Origin: Candidatus Poribacteria bacterium
GTDB taxonomy: Bacteria > Poribacteria > WGA-4E > PCPOR2b
NCBI GenBank assembly: GCA_965215015.1
Contig: OZ244042.1
Location: forward strand, 800,001-864,000
Direction of reading: 5' to 3'
DNA: 64,000 nt
Shown piece by piece: positions 42,332 through 52,794 of the stretch. Position 1 is the stretch's first letter; every line of letters begins with the position of its first letter. Below the pieces are notes generated by a model. That model was not told the origin of the DNA. It saw nothing but the letters and a program-made list of their open reading frames with translations, and did not search any database. The position numbers and the translations under genes were made by a program.

Positions 42332-43789
42332 ATGAACATAGAAACGGTCCTTAACAATTATATTAACAATGAGTGGCGTCGTTCCAGTGCTAGCGAGTAT
42401 ATGGATGTCACGAATCCAGCCACGGCAGAAGTGCTCGGGACGGTGCCCCTTTCCCCTAGTGCCGAAGTCGATCTGGCGGCGCAGGCGGCGGCGGATGCAC
42501 TGGTCGAATGGCGGCGCACGCCAGCACCAGACCGTGTCCAATACCTATTTAAACTGAAAAACTTGCTTGAAGAAAACTTCGACGATATCGCCCGCACTAT
42601 CACGCTGGAATGCGGTAAAACACTAGACGAGTCGCGAGGGGAGATGCGGCGTGCCATTGAAAATGTTGAGGTTGCTTGCGGCATTCCGACACTGATGCAG
42701 GGCTATAACCTCGAAGATATCGCTACTGGGATTGATGAAATCATGATTCGGCAGCCGGTGGGGGTTTGTGCGGCAATCGCTCCGTTTAATTTTCCCGGAA
42801 TGATTACATCGTGGTTTATGCCGTATGCGATTGCCTGCGGTAACACGTACATCGTCAAGCCCTCTGAGAAAGTGCCATTGACGATGCAGAAGATCTTTCA
42901 ACTCATCGAAAGTACAGGTCTACCCAAAGGCGTCGTCAATCTAGTGAACGGTTCCGAGGCAACGGTAAACGCTATTCTAGATAACCCCACCATTAAGGCG
43001 GTCAGCTTTGTCGGTTCTACTGCCATTGCCAGATATGTTTACAGCCGGGCGACAGCCAACGGAAAACGTGCTCAATGCCAAGGCGGGGCAAAGAACCCAA
43101 TTATCGTCCTGCCCGATGCAGATCCGGAGATGACGCGCCACGCCACAGCTGAGAGTGCCTTCGGGTGTGCGGGACAGCGGTGTTTGGCGGCTTCGGTGGC
43201 TGTTACCGTCGGCGAGGCACGAGAGTGGTTCACGGATGCGATGACCGACGCCGCGGAAACGCGCGTGGTTGGATACGGATTAGAGGACGGCGTCGAGATG
43301 GGGCCCGTGATAACGCCCGAAAGCAGATCTCGGATCGAGGGATTCATTCAGAAAGGGCTAGAGGCGGGTGCGAAGGTTTTGGTCGACGGACGAAATCCCC
43401 AAATCTCCGGGTATGAAAATGGAAATTTTGTCCGCCCGACGCTCCTAGGCGATGTGAATCCATCGAGCGAAATCGCTCAAACGGAGATTTTTGGGCCCGT
43501 GCTGAGCACTATCCACGTGGACACGATCGACGAGGCAATTTCGCTGGTGAACGGCGGAAGTTATGGGAATATGGCGTGCCTATTTACCAGTAGTGGGGCA
43601 GCCGCACGGAAGTTCCGCTATGAGGCAGAGATCGGTAACATCGGAATTAACCTCGGTGTTGCGGCACCGATGGCGTTCTTCCCTTTCAGCGGGTGGAAGG
43701 ATAGTTTCTTCGGGGATATGCACGGACAGGGTAAAGACGCGGTCGAGTTCTTCACACAGAAGAAGGTGGTTGTGGAGCGTTGGGCATAG
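42332..43789 (+). CDS. mmsA: CoA-acylating methylmalonate/malonate-semialdehyde dehydrogenase
   Basis: 'PFNFPGM', 'KPSE', 'SFVGST', 'GGAKN', 'GCAGQRC', '[10 protein letters not shown]'. Confidence 0.95.
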   Translation: MNIETVLNNYINNEWRRSSASEYMDVTNPATAEVLGTVPLSPSAEVDLAAQAAADALVEWRRTPAPDRVQYLFKLKNLLEENFDDIARTITLECGKTLDESRGEMRRAIENVEVACGIPTLMQGYNLEDIATGIDEIMIRQPVGVCAAIAPFNFPGMITSWFMPYAIACGNTYIVKPSEKVPLTMQKIFQLIESTGLPKGVVNLVNGSEATVNAILDNPTIKAVSFVGSTAIARYVYSRATANGKRAQCQGGAKNPIIVLPDADPEMTRHATAESAFGCAGQRCLAASVAVTVGEAREWFTDAMTDAAETRVVGYGLEDGVEMGPVITPESRSRIEGFIQKGLEAGAKVLVDGRNPQISGYENGNFVRPTLLGDVNPSSEIAQTEIFGPVLSTIHVDTIDEAISLVNGGSYGNMACLFTSSGAAARKFRYEAEIGNIGINLGVAAPMAFFPFSGWKDSFFGDMHGQGKDAVEFFTQKKVVVERWA

Positions 43790-44079
43790 CAAGTCATTAA
43801 GGAAAACGGTGAAACAAGAGAAATCTTTTCGATCCACAGTGCGGTACTTATCCGCTCGATCTCAGCGTAGTAGTTCGCGGTAAAAGCACCCCTTTTGAAA
43901 ATCATGGTTTGGTAGAATGCGAGGTATTGTATCTGTCCTATATCATCTTGGATAAATCGATCGGCACTCTTAACAGGAATGCGATACCAACGCTGCGCTC
44001 GTGCGATCTCCAAGGCCCGTTGGTTGTTCACAATTGCAATAAGGACTTCGGGGGAGGGGGAGTTTGAGGTGGTTGTCAT
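43790..44079 (-). pseudogene. Truncated N-terminal fragment of a conserved hypothetical protein
   Basis: 'EVLIAIVNN...WYRIPVKSA...YLAFYQT...NYYA', then frameshifts and runs into convergent mmsA. Confidence 0.55.
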
Positions 44080-44463
44080 CTTATGAATTATCCTTACCGT
44101 GCCTGGGGCAATTTAATGATCTGATTGATTGACAATCTTGTAGGTCGAGTTTCCAAACTCCACAGCCGCTGTGTCGAGATGTGAATCTCGATCTACAGGC
44201 TACGTTATTATTTTTTTAAAATTCATGAAAATCAGCATCGGGGTGTGCTGTTTTTGGCAATACGTCACAATTGCACACCAGATTATTCCCAGAGATTGAA
44301 GTAGTCTTCTCAGGAGTCTCTGAAAATAACTGTTTTATTTTAAAATAATCCTGATTGGAAATGAATTGAAAATCATAAACACATATCGAAAAAAATATGA
44401 TGGCAGAGAACGCAGATCTGCGTTCCCTATAAAATGAGCTGCCAGTTGAGGCAAAGGTGAAAT

Positions 44464-46004
44464 ATGAAAAATCCAATGGAGCCAATCGATCTCCGGGAAA
44501 GCGTGCTGCTTGGCATCGAACATATTTGTAACAGCGTGGACCGCGAGCGAGATTGCCGTCCGTACTTTCGCTTTAACCTGATTTCGCCGCCTGTTTGGGC
44601 TCAGCACGAAGCCGCCGACACACCACACACCGTCGGCCGGTTCCTGCATGCACTCAATGTGTGTCATGAGATGGTTGGCTTACCGGATGATACGGAGCTG
44701 CTGGAGGGGCTGCGTAAACAGATTTTTGCCAGTTGCGACCATGGCGATGGTTTCGCTTGGGACGATATGGGCAGTGATTCAGGCCCCCCCCCTTGGCTTA
44801 TATGCACCATCAGCGGGAAGCGTTGCTCAGCTTAATCGCTGTCTGGCGGATTTGGGGCGATCCACAAGCTAAGCGATATGCCAAAGCACTCGTTGCAGCA
44901 ATGGAGAAGACAACTCGTGCCATCGGGACGTATCCGGGAAGATGCTTGGGACCGGAGGGTTGGCAGGGCGATAACATAGCAACAACAACTTCAGAACGGG
45001 CGATTGGCGCGCTGATTGCCTACAGTCGCACCTTTGACGATTCGCTTGGAATAGATCTGGCACTCCGTTTCGCCCGCCACGCCCTCGCAGTTAGTTTCGG
45101 AGAGAATGGAGAGTTGACTCCAGCTTGTGGAACGCATATCCACTCGATCACCGGGACAATCGCCTCGCTGGCGGAGCTCGGATTGGTTCTCGGAGAACGA
45201 GAGTTTACCGCTCGGGCACGGCTCATCTTTGATGTGGGGACGCTGCCCTATCGCATCTCTACAGGTTGGGTCAAGGAAAGTGTAAACGCAAAATACGGTC
45301 GAGGTGAGGCGAACTGCACCGCAGATTTGATCGAGGCAGCCTGTTTGCTTGGTGCATCGGGTTATAGCTCCTATTTTGAAGATGCGGAACGGATGCTTCG
45401 CAACCATCTACTTGCATCCCAAATGGATGATTTATCATGGGTGGTAGAAAATGCGGGGATGGCAAATACTGAAAAGCGGGCGTATGAGGGGCTGCGCCGA
45501 CAGGCGCGTGGTGCTTTTTGCTTCGGTGAACCGAATGGTTTTCATTCTTATAACTCAGATTTGACCGGTGCCGCTTTACAAGGGATCGCGGCTGCTTGGG
45601 ATCATATGATCACCTGCGAAGATAACGACAACATCCGCGTCAACTTGCTATTGTCCCGCGAACACGAAGCGGTCACAGTCCTTAGTGGCAGCACTAATCT
45701 AATGGTCAAAGCGAAACGCCCTATTGAGACATTGTCTATTCGCATTCCTCCTTGGTGCAAATCCTTCAGAGCGACCATTGATGGGATTGCAATACCGACA
45801 ACTCGATATCACCTGAAGGTGAGTCAAGTCCGTGAGGGGGCTCAGGTAAAAATGACTTTTGATCGACCACAGTTTCTGACGCAGGAACGTGCCGTGGGAT
45901 ATGAAAATCCCTATCGGATTCAGTGGGCGGGAAACACCGTGACCGCTATGGACGGTGCTGGGAAGCATACGGCATTGTACCCGGCATTGGAGCCAGCGGG
46001 ATGA
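44464..46004 (+). pseudogene. GH127-like (alpha/alpha barrel + beta-sandwich) protein split by a frameshift in a C9 run
   Basis: ORFs 44464-44835 and 44793-46004 join at poly-C 44784-44792; 'HIHS', 'GEANCTAD', 'AERMLRNHLLASQ', 'SIRIPPW'. Confidence 0.6.
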
Positions 46005-46262
46005 AGAGAAGTTAATAAAAAATGGCTCATATAAAAAGGAAGTACAAAATGCTAAGAGAAACCGAGTTTTTGGCAAAAACTCAATTTCTGTTGCATGATT
46101 TCTTAACATGAGCCAAAAATTTGCATCCACCGAAAAAAAATGCTACACTTTAAGCATCGGTAGCGACAGGATATCGTCCTATCCTGGTGGAAAAGGGAAT
46201 GCAAGACAGATGGAAAGGGGCCTGAAAGCTGGTGCGAATTCCTTACCGCATCTATTGACCTG

Positions 46263-47465
46263 ATGAAAAGGGAACTGAAAGCGCGAAAACAGCTCTATTT
46301 CCTTACCGTCGTCCATACCGTCATCGATTCCTACGCGACAGTCTTACCACACCTACTCCCCCTGCTGCTCAAAAAGCTCGCATCCCAAACCGCTGCGCGG
46401 AATAGCCTCGCAGGGATAATCATCTCGGTTTATAGCACCTTTAGCTCGCTGGGACAGATCTTCTTCGGTTGGGTATCAGATCGGTTTCAGACGATTCATT
46501 TTGTGACTTTTGGTGTCGCGTTCACCGCTATTGCTCTGAGCTTATTGGGGGTTGCACCTTCACTTTTCTTAGTGCTTATGCTGCTGGGGATTGGTGGCTG
46601 CGGTGTCGCTGCCTTCCACCCGAAAGCTACCAGCCACGCAGCAGCACTCGCCGGAGGGGAGAGAGGTTTTGCCATATCAATATTCTTGACGGGAGGCAAC
46701 ATTGGGCGCGCCCTCGGTCCCTTACTCATTATGTATCTGGTAGTGTACCGTTATGGGTTGGAGTTGATGCCATGGTGCATGTTCGCTGGGGTACTCGTTG
46801 CGTTGTTTATCCCGAAAATCTTGAAGACACCGCCGGCGGCGGTGGTGAATGTATCATCTCAACTGGTAGCAGCACCCACGAACCCACCTGAGAAACAGAA
46901 GAATCTTTGGGGGGCAATTCGTCCCCACTGGCGCCCCCTCCTTGTGTTATATCTGCTCTCCGTCCTGCGAACAATAACAGGAATTGGGCTGGAAAATTTT
47001 CTCTCGTTGTACCTTGATGACTTGCAGTACTCCAACCTCGCACGTTCGGGGGTTATCGGGCTGTTTATATTCGCCGGTTCGATGGGTATCATGGTAGGCG
47101 GATCGCTCTCTGATCGGATTAATTACTACGGTTTGTTACTGTTTTCTTTTATTGGCTCCCCCCCACTGTTATACATCTCTCTGCATAGCACAGGGGGAGT
47201 CTTTCTGATTCTTCTCTTTTTGGGAAATTTTGTCCTCTCCAGTTCAACTACGATTAATATCGTTCTCGCCCAGCGATTGCTCCCTGAACACGAAAACATT
47301 GCTTCTAGTTTCATGATGGGTGCAGCATGGAGCATTGGCGGATTGTTGAGTATTCCGGTTGGCCTGCTTGGTGACCACTTCGGACTAGCGAGGGTGTTGG
47401 ACGGATTGGTGATGCTTCCGTTGATAACTGTCGCGCTAGTACCCCTTCTGAAACAGAAACGATGA
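46263..47465 (+). CDS. MFS transporter (Fsr-like)
   Basis: About 12 hydrophobic segments; 'FGWVSDR', 'AFHP', 'GGNIGRALGP'. Confidence 0.9.
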   Translation: MKRELKARKQLYFLTVVHTVIDSYATVLPHLLPLLLKKLASQTAARNSLAGIIISVYSTFSSLGQIFFGWVSDRFQTIHFVTFGVAFTAIALSLLGVAPSLFLVLMLLGIGGCGVAAFHPKATSHAAALAGGERGFAISIFLTGGNIGRALGPLLIMYLVVYRYGLELMPWCMFAGVLVALFIPKILKTPPAAVVNVSSQLVAAPTNPPEKQKNLWGAIRPHWRPLLVLYLLSVLRTITGIGLENFLSLYLDDLQYSNLARSGVIGLFIFAGSMGIMVGGSLSDRINYYGLLLFSFIGSPPLLYISLHSTGGVFLILLFLGNFVLSSSTTINIVLAQRLLPEHENIASSFMMGAAWSIGGLLSIPVGLLGDHFGLARVLDGLVMLPLITVALVPLLKQKR

Positions 47466-47582
47466 GAGTAAAAAAAATAAACCGTCAGATTTGATAATTT
47501 CACGTGACTACTTCGTATTCGTACGGCATAATTCACATTAAAAAAACCAGATAAACATTTGTGAAAACAAGAAAAGGAGAAT

Positions 47583-48706
<1,124 letters not shown>

Positions 48707-48736
48707 CCCCTACTAAGGATCCTTAACTCGCGTGTG

Positions 48737-51700
48737 TTACTCAGATGCTGTTACAGGTAGCCCGACGAAAAGCCGGCTATCAATATCCGTAAGCGGGTCA
48801 ATTTCCCGGCACGCTGCGGCGCGGGCGAACACGATCCCGGGCTGCTTGGCTCGCATCGCACGCGACAAAACGGTAAACCCTTTTGATTGGCTGCTATTGC
48901 GTAATTCCCACGCAACTCGTTCCAGCTCTAAGTTGAATCGAACAAGCCCTTCCCGTGAGCCAACGCATAGCGTGTAGAGTTCATCAGACGTTAAGCCCTC
49001 GCAATACCCGTTACGAATCACAACCTCTCCGCCTCGGATATCTGACACTGTCCCTCGCGCCCCGACAACACAACCAAGTCGATGAAGTCTGCTCGTAAAG
49101 GAGCGGCTTTTGACTGCGAGGATATGTGCTCCCAAGTTGTTATCAGCAAAGTTTTCGTAAGCGGCAATCCATTCTATAAGTTCTTCCGCGTAAGTGTCCC
49201 ACGCTGTTGCATCGTCAGGGTCCCTAGGAACGGGAGGACTACCATCGCCCCTACTGAGAAACGGACTCATGGATGCCCCCGATTCCTTTACAATTTCGAG
49301 TCCACGCTGCATCAACCGTTCAGCGACTTCAATGGTGCGATCAATTCCCTCGCGTTTGAGGAGTGTTCTTAGCGTATCCGCTAACGAGCGTCGCGTGACC
49401 AAACCATCAGGAATAGCAACCTCCATCCCGACAATTCCTGCGAGTTCATCACGCCCCTCAGGGGTGAGACTCAAACTTGCCAATCCCCATATCGCGTCAT
49501 GCCCTGGGGCTAATGCTGTGCATACATTTGGATCCCGTTTGAGATGTCCAGTGATGGAGAGCCGTTCACTAGCTTCTCGTTGGCCCGCCGCTGTGATGGG
49601 CAGAAAAACCGCCGCTTGGTCGCCATCAAAGTCAGCATTCATTAACTCACAGACGAAAGGGTGAACACGGATGACACGGCCTGGCTGGCGTACCGGATGA
49701 AATGCAACAAAGGAGGTAGGCATATACGCAGGGGCTCGATGCACAATCACCCATGAACGTCCCATCAGCTCATCAAGTGCCTGTGTTGCACCTTGGCTGC
49801 GGCCTCGCACGGCTTTGGCATCACCGAGTTCCTTTGTAAGTTCCGGCCCGAAGAGTGCCCATGCCATCTGTTCTGGAATGCCGACCTGATCGGCGCGTAG
49901 CTCCGCACCCGGGACAATGACGCAGCGCCCACTGAAGAGTGTCCGTGCCTTAAAGCGCATGTCTGCCGGGCTTAGCAGCACGTTGAAGTATTCCGCAAGG
50001 CGCGTTTGGAGTTGCTTGAGGGCTTGGAAGGTCAGGCTTTCCGGTGCATCATTTGCAAACATCCGCTCTGCTCTGGTATTGGCATCGGCAAGTACATGAT
50101 ACTCGGAAATGCCTTCACAGACACCAACTTCATCAATGGTTTGACTATGTAGCCACGGATGGGAGACTGGCCGGGCAAGCTGGAGCGTATTTCCAGTCGG
50201 ACGTACAAATTGGAAAGTCAGTCTGTCACCATCAAAGTTAGCGCAGATACCTGCCGCCGAAAGCTGCTCCCTGAGCTTAGTAAACATCGGCGTCGGTGGA
50301 CTTGCTTGCTCAACTTTCCCTGCTGTAACACGATCGAGAAGTGTCTCCGCATCTACTCGCGTCGCAGCACGGGTATTGAAATGTTCCCGCAAAGTTTCAA
50401 ATGCTGAAGTGTTGCGTAGCGTATAGTATTCGAGTTCACCAAGCCCTTGATGATATATAGGGGCCTCGTGGACGATTGGTTCAGATACCTTGAGCTTATC
50501 AAGCGCGATGTGAACTGTCTTCCCCCAATAAACCCAACCAACTGTACTCGGCCGATTCAGTTTTTTGCCGTTAGCTCCAAACGTGAGGGTTTCCATCCCA
50601 TCTTCAGGCAGCCCTAACTTTTGGAGTAGCTCACGGAGTTGATTGACACTAGGTGCTTGAAATGGCGGCACAATGGCCGTTTCTCCTTCCGTCCGTGCGA
50701 TGCGCCCCACGATTGCTTCACGGATTTGACCAAAGTTCATCCGCCCGTGCAAAGCACCGAAGCTGAAGACAAGCTCTACCGGCGTGCCATCGGCGAGGTG
50801 GGGCATCTCATCGTCAGGGGTGATGCGCGAAATGACCCCTTTCGTGCCGTGACGGTTACTGATCTTATCACCCGGCTCAATAATATAAGGGAAATTCAGA
50901 CGCGTAGCGCACGACTCACTAATCACGATGCCGTCCTCAAAGGTCTCCCCGCCCCAAGAGATAAAAGCGGTCAACAGATTACGTCCACACCAAAAGTAGG
51001 GGACATCAGGCTCGTAACCTGTCTGGACAAGTGCAGGCTCTGGGGAGACAGTCAATCTTGGCATCTCCTTGGAACAGCTAACTGGAGCAGCCTCTGGAGC
51101 AGTAGGCGACAACCACTGACGCATCATGTTCGCCCCCATGAGTACTCGCGATGGATCATTGTGTTCGAGAAAAGGGATTAGTGCTGCAGACAGACCTAGC
51201 GTTGCTTCCTGGCTATCATCCACGATGACCAATTTTTTATCACGAATCTCCGCCCCCCTCGCAACTGTCAGAATTTTGCCGACGTTTGGTCCTTCTGGCG
51301 TTTCAAATGGGCAGGTCCGTCCAAAGTGTCCAGAGGTAAAGACCTGATTCCCCTGTAAAATCCGCACCCTACGTAGATGTGTATGCTTGTCGAGCCAGTT
51401 GGTACTGGAGAGTCTCTGAGCGGTAAATGTGTCACGAAAGAACTCGCGCACCCATCTGTCAATCGGAAGCCACGAGCGAATAAGCGACGTATCCCATTCC
51501 AGATCTGGCGGTGCTTCTCTGATACGCGCTTTGAAGTAATCGTACAGTTGATCGCCCACACACTCAATCTTCGCTTGTTTCAGTTTCACGGTTGAGGCGG
51601 TCGGTACGACAACATAGGGTTCACCATCAAGCGTGAACATACCGTCTACATCAGGCTGCGGAATACCCGTGTATTCGACCTCAACATACCCCTCAGTTGA

Positions 51701-51856
51701 CGCCAGCACAAGTTTCACGCGACAGGTGTACGTACCAATTGGCTCAAAACGATAACCGGCTAGTGGCAGCCGGTCAGCAAGGAGTTCTGGCAATCGTTCT
51801 TTCATCAATCCTTCAAAAGACTGCTTGTGCCAAAATGCAGTAATGTTGTTCGACAT
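48737..51856 (-). CDS. Miniaturised single-chain RNA polymerase-like protein (RpoB-RpoC fusion)
   Basis: Beta motifs in order: 'GRTCPFETPEGPNVG', 'LIPFLEHND', 'MGANMMRQ', 'FEDGIVISE', 'GDKISNRHGTKG', 'GRMNFGQ', 'LGELE'. Then beta-prime motifs: 'FSGRCVI', 'HRAP', 'NADFDGD', 'EGL', 'GSREGL'. AGGAGG RBS. Confidence 0.93.
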   Translation of the reverse strand: MSNNITAFWHKQSFEGLMKERLPELLADRLPLAGYRFEPIGTYTCRVKLVLASTEGYVEVEYTGIPQPDVDGMFTLDGEPYVVVPTASTVKLKQAKIECVGDQLYDYFKARIREAPPDLEWDTSLIRSWLPIDRWVREFFRDTFTAQRLSSTNWLDKHTHLRRVRILQGNQVFTSGHFGRTCPFETPEGPNVGKILTVARGAEIRDKKLVIVDDSQEATLGLSAALIPFLEHNDPSRVLMGANMMRQWLSPTAPEAAPVSCSKEMPRLTVSPEPALVQTGYEPDVPYFWCGRNLLTAFISWGGETFEDGIVISESCATRLNFPYIIEPGDKISNRHGTKGVISRITPDDEMPHLADGTPVELVFSFGALHGRMNFGQIREAIVGRIARTEGETAIVPPFQAPSVNQLRELLQKLGLPEDGMETLTFGANGKKLNRPSTVGWVYWGKTVHIALDKLKVSEPIVHEAPIYHQGLGELEYYTLRNTSAFETLREHFNTRAATRVDAETLLDRVTAGKVEQASPPTPMFTKLREQLSAAGICANFDGDRLTFQFVRPTGNTLQLARPVSHPWLHSQTIDEVGVCEGISEYHVLADANTRAERMFANDAPESLTFQALKQLQTRLAEYFNVLLSPADMRFKARTLFSGRCVIVPGAELRADQVGIPEQMAWALFGPELTKELGDAKAVRGRSQGATQALDELMGRSWVIVHRAPAYMPTSFVAFHPVRQPGRVIRVHPFVCELMNADFDGDQAAVFLPITAAGQREASERLSITGHLKRDPNVCTALAPGHDAIWGLASLSLTPEGRDELAGIVGMEVAIPDGLVTRRSLADTLRTLLKREGIDRTIEVAERLMQRGLEIVKESGASMSPFLSRGDGSPPVPRDPDDATAWDTYAEELIEWIAAYENFADNNLGAHILAVKSRSFTSRLHRLGCVVGARGTVSDIRGGEVVIRNGYCEGLTSDELYTLCVGSREGLVRFNLELERVAWELRNSSQSKGFTVLSRAMRAKQPGIVFARAAACREIDPLTDIDSRLFVGLPVTASE

Positions 51857-51922
51857 GCTATCCTCCTATTTCTTTCGTATTGCGTGTGTGTAGATTGTAA
51901 AACGTCAAATATTGCTACTCGC

Positions 51923-52537
51923 TCACCTTTCCTCTTCTTCCCAGCCGCTTGCGATCTCCTTCCATTCGCGGGCAAGGTGTTTTATGGAATGGTGTAAACG
52001 CGACTTCACTGTGCCTTCTGGAATACCTAGCTCTATGGCGGCTTCTCGCAGTGCCATTTCCCTCTGATATATGAGGTGAAGGACTTCGCGTTTCTCTTGG
52101 GGGAGCTCATCAACAAGCTGCCAGAGCAGCTGAGATTGTTCGGCTTGCTCCACCATCACTTCGGGACCATGTGACGAAACGTCAACCATCCAATCTGGAT
52201 CTGGCAGACGTTCCTCCTCATCGTCGAATTCGTCTGGAGGTATTTCAAGGGGTTCCTGTCGCCGTCGCCGCACGGTGCGCAGATGATTGAGGGCGAGGTT
52301 CGTTGCGATGCGGAAAAGCCAGCCCTTGAACTCGCCTTGACCATTCCACTGTTCAGCACGCGTCCAGACACGTAAAAACACCTCTTGAACCAGATCCTCA
52401 GCAGCACTTTCAACCCGCACGATGCTAAGGATATGCTGACGGACGGGCACACGGTATCGAGCAAAAAGCGTTTCAAAGGCGGCGGCATCGCGCTTTACAG
52501 TCTTGCGAATGAGGGTTTGGTCTGATTGTTCCATCAT
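51923..52537 (-). CDS. ECF (group 4) sigma-70 family sigma factor
   Basis: Region 2 'AEDLVQEVFLRVW', 'WLFRIATNLALNHLR'; region 4 'AAIELGIPEGTVKSRLH'. Confidence 0.95.
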   Translation of the reverse strand: MMEQSDQTLIRKTVKRDAAAFETLFARYRVPVRQHILSIVRVESAAEDLVQEVFLRVWTRAEQWNGQGEFKGWLFRIATNLALNHLRTVRRRRQEPLEIPPDEFDDEEERLPDPDWMVDVSSHGPEVMVEQAEQSQLLWQLVDELPQEKREVLHLIYQREMALREAAIELGIPEGTVKSRLHHSIKHLAREWKEIASGWEEEER

Positions 52538-52554
52538 AAAAGGCTTTCACTGTA

Positions 52555-52582
52555 AATGACACCGTAGGAGGGATAAAAGTTC
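52555..52582 (-). promoter_or_regulatory. Putative ECF-type promoter GAACTT-N16-GTCATT upstream of the sigma gene
   Basis: Minus strand: GAACTT ttatccctcctacggt GTCATT, ending 17 nt before ATG 52537; fits the AAC(-35)/GTC(-10) ECF pattern. Confidence 0.65.
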
Positions 52583-52794
52583 ATTGTCTGAATCAGGATT
52601 CTCAGGATTAGGTTAAATAAAACGCAAAGGCGCGAAGGCACAGAACCGCAAAGAAGATCAGACAAAACTTTGCGTCTCTGCGTTAGATTTTTCATCGAAT
52701 CCCGATTAGGTTTTCGGATTTTGGGTGGCGTGAATGGGTATAAATGTGATAAGATGCACATGTTACTCATCACACAATACATTAGGTTAGGAAC

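Noticed and set aside
50225-50245. Second active-site-like motif 'CANFDGD' (aa 538-544)
   Set aside because: Lies in the beta/beta' linker, lacks the first Asp and the barrel context; probably coincidental.
48737-51856. Housekeeping rpoB/rpoC or an rpoBC pseudogene
   Set aside because: About 40% of the normal combined length, not in the ribosomal-protein cluster, and open throughout with an RBS; deletions remove whole modules while catalytic residues remain.
48737-52537. Prophage-encoded RNA polymerase
   Set aside because: No phage structural, integrase or replication genes and no att-like repeats seen; flanked by bioD and an oxidoreductase.
52590-52720. Regulatory repeats or small ORF (52534-52782) upstream of the ECF gene
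   Set aside because: CAGGATT-type units also occur at ~5270-5345, ~13345 and ~40175, so they look like generic dispersed repeats; the ORF has no RBS or recognisable motif.
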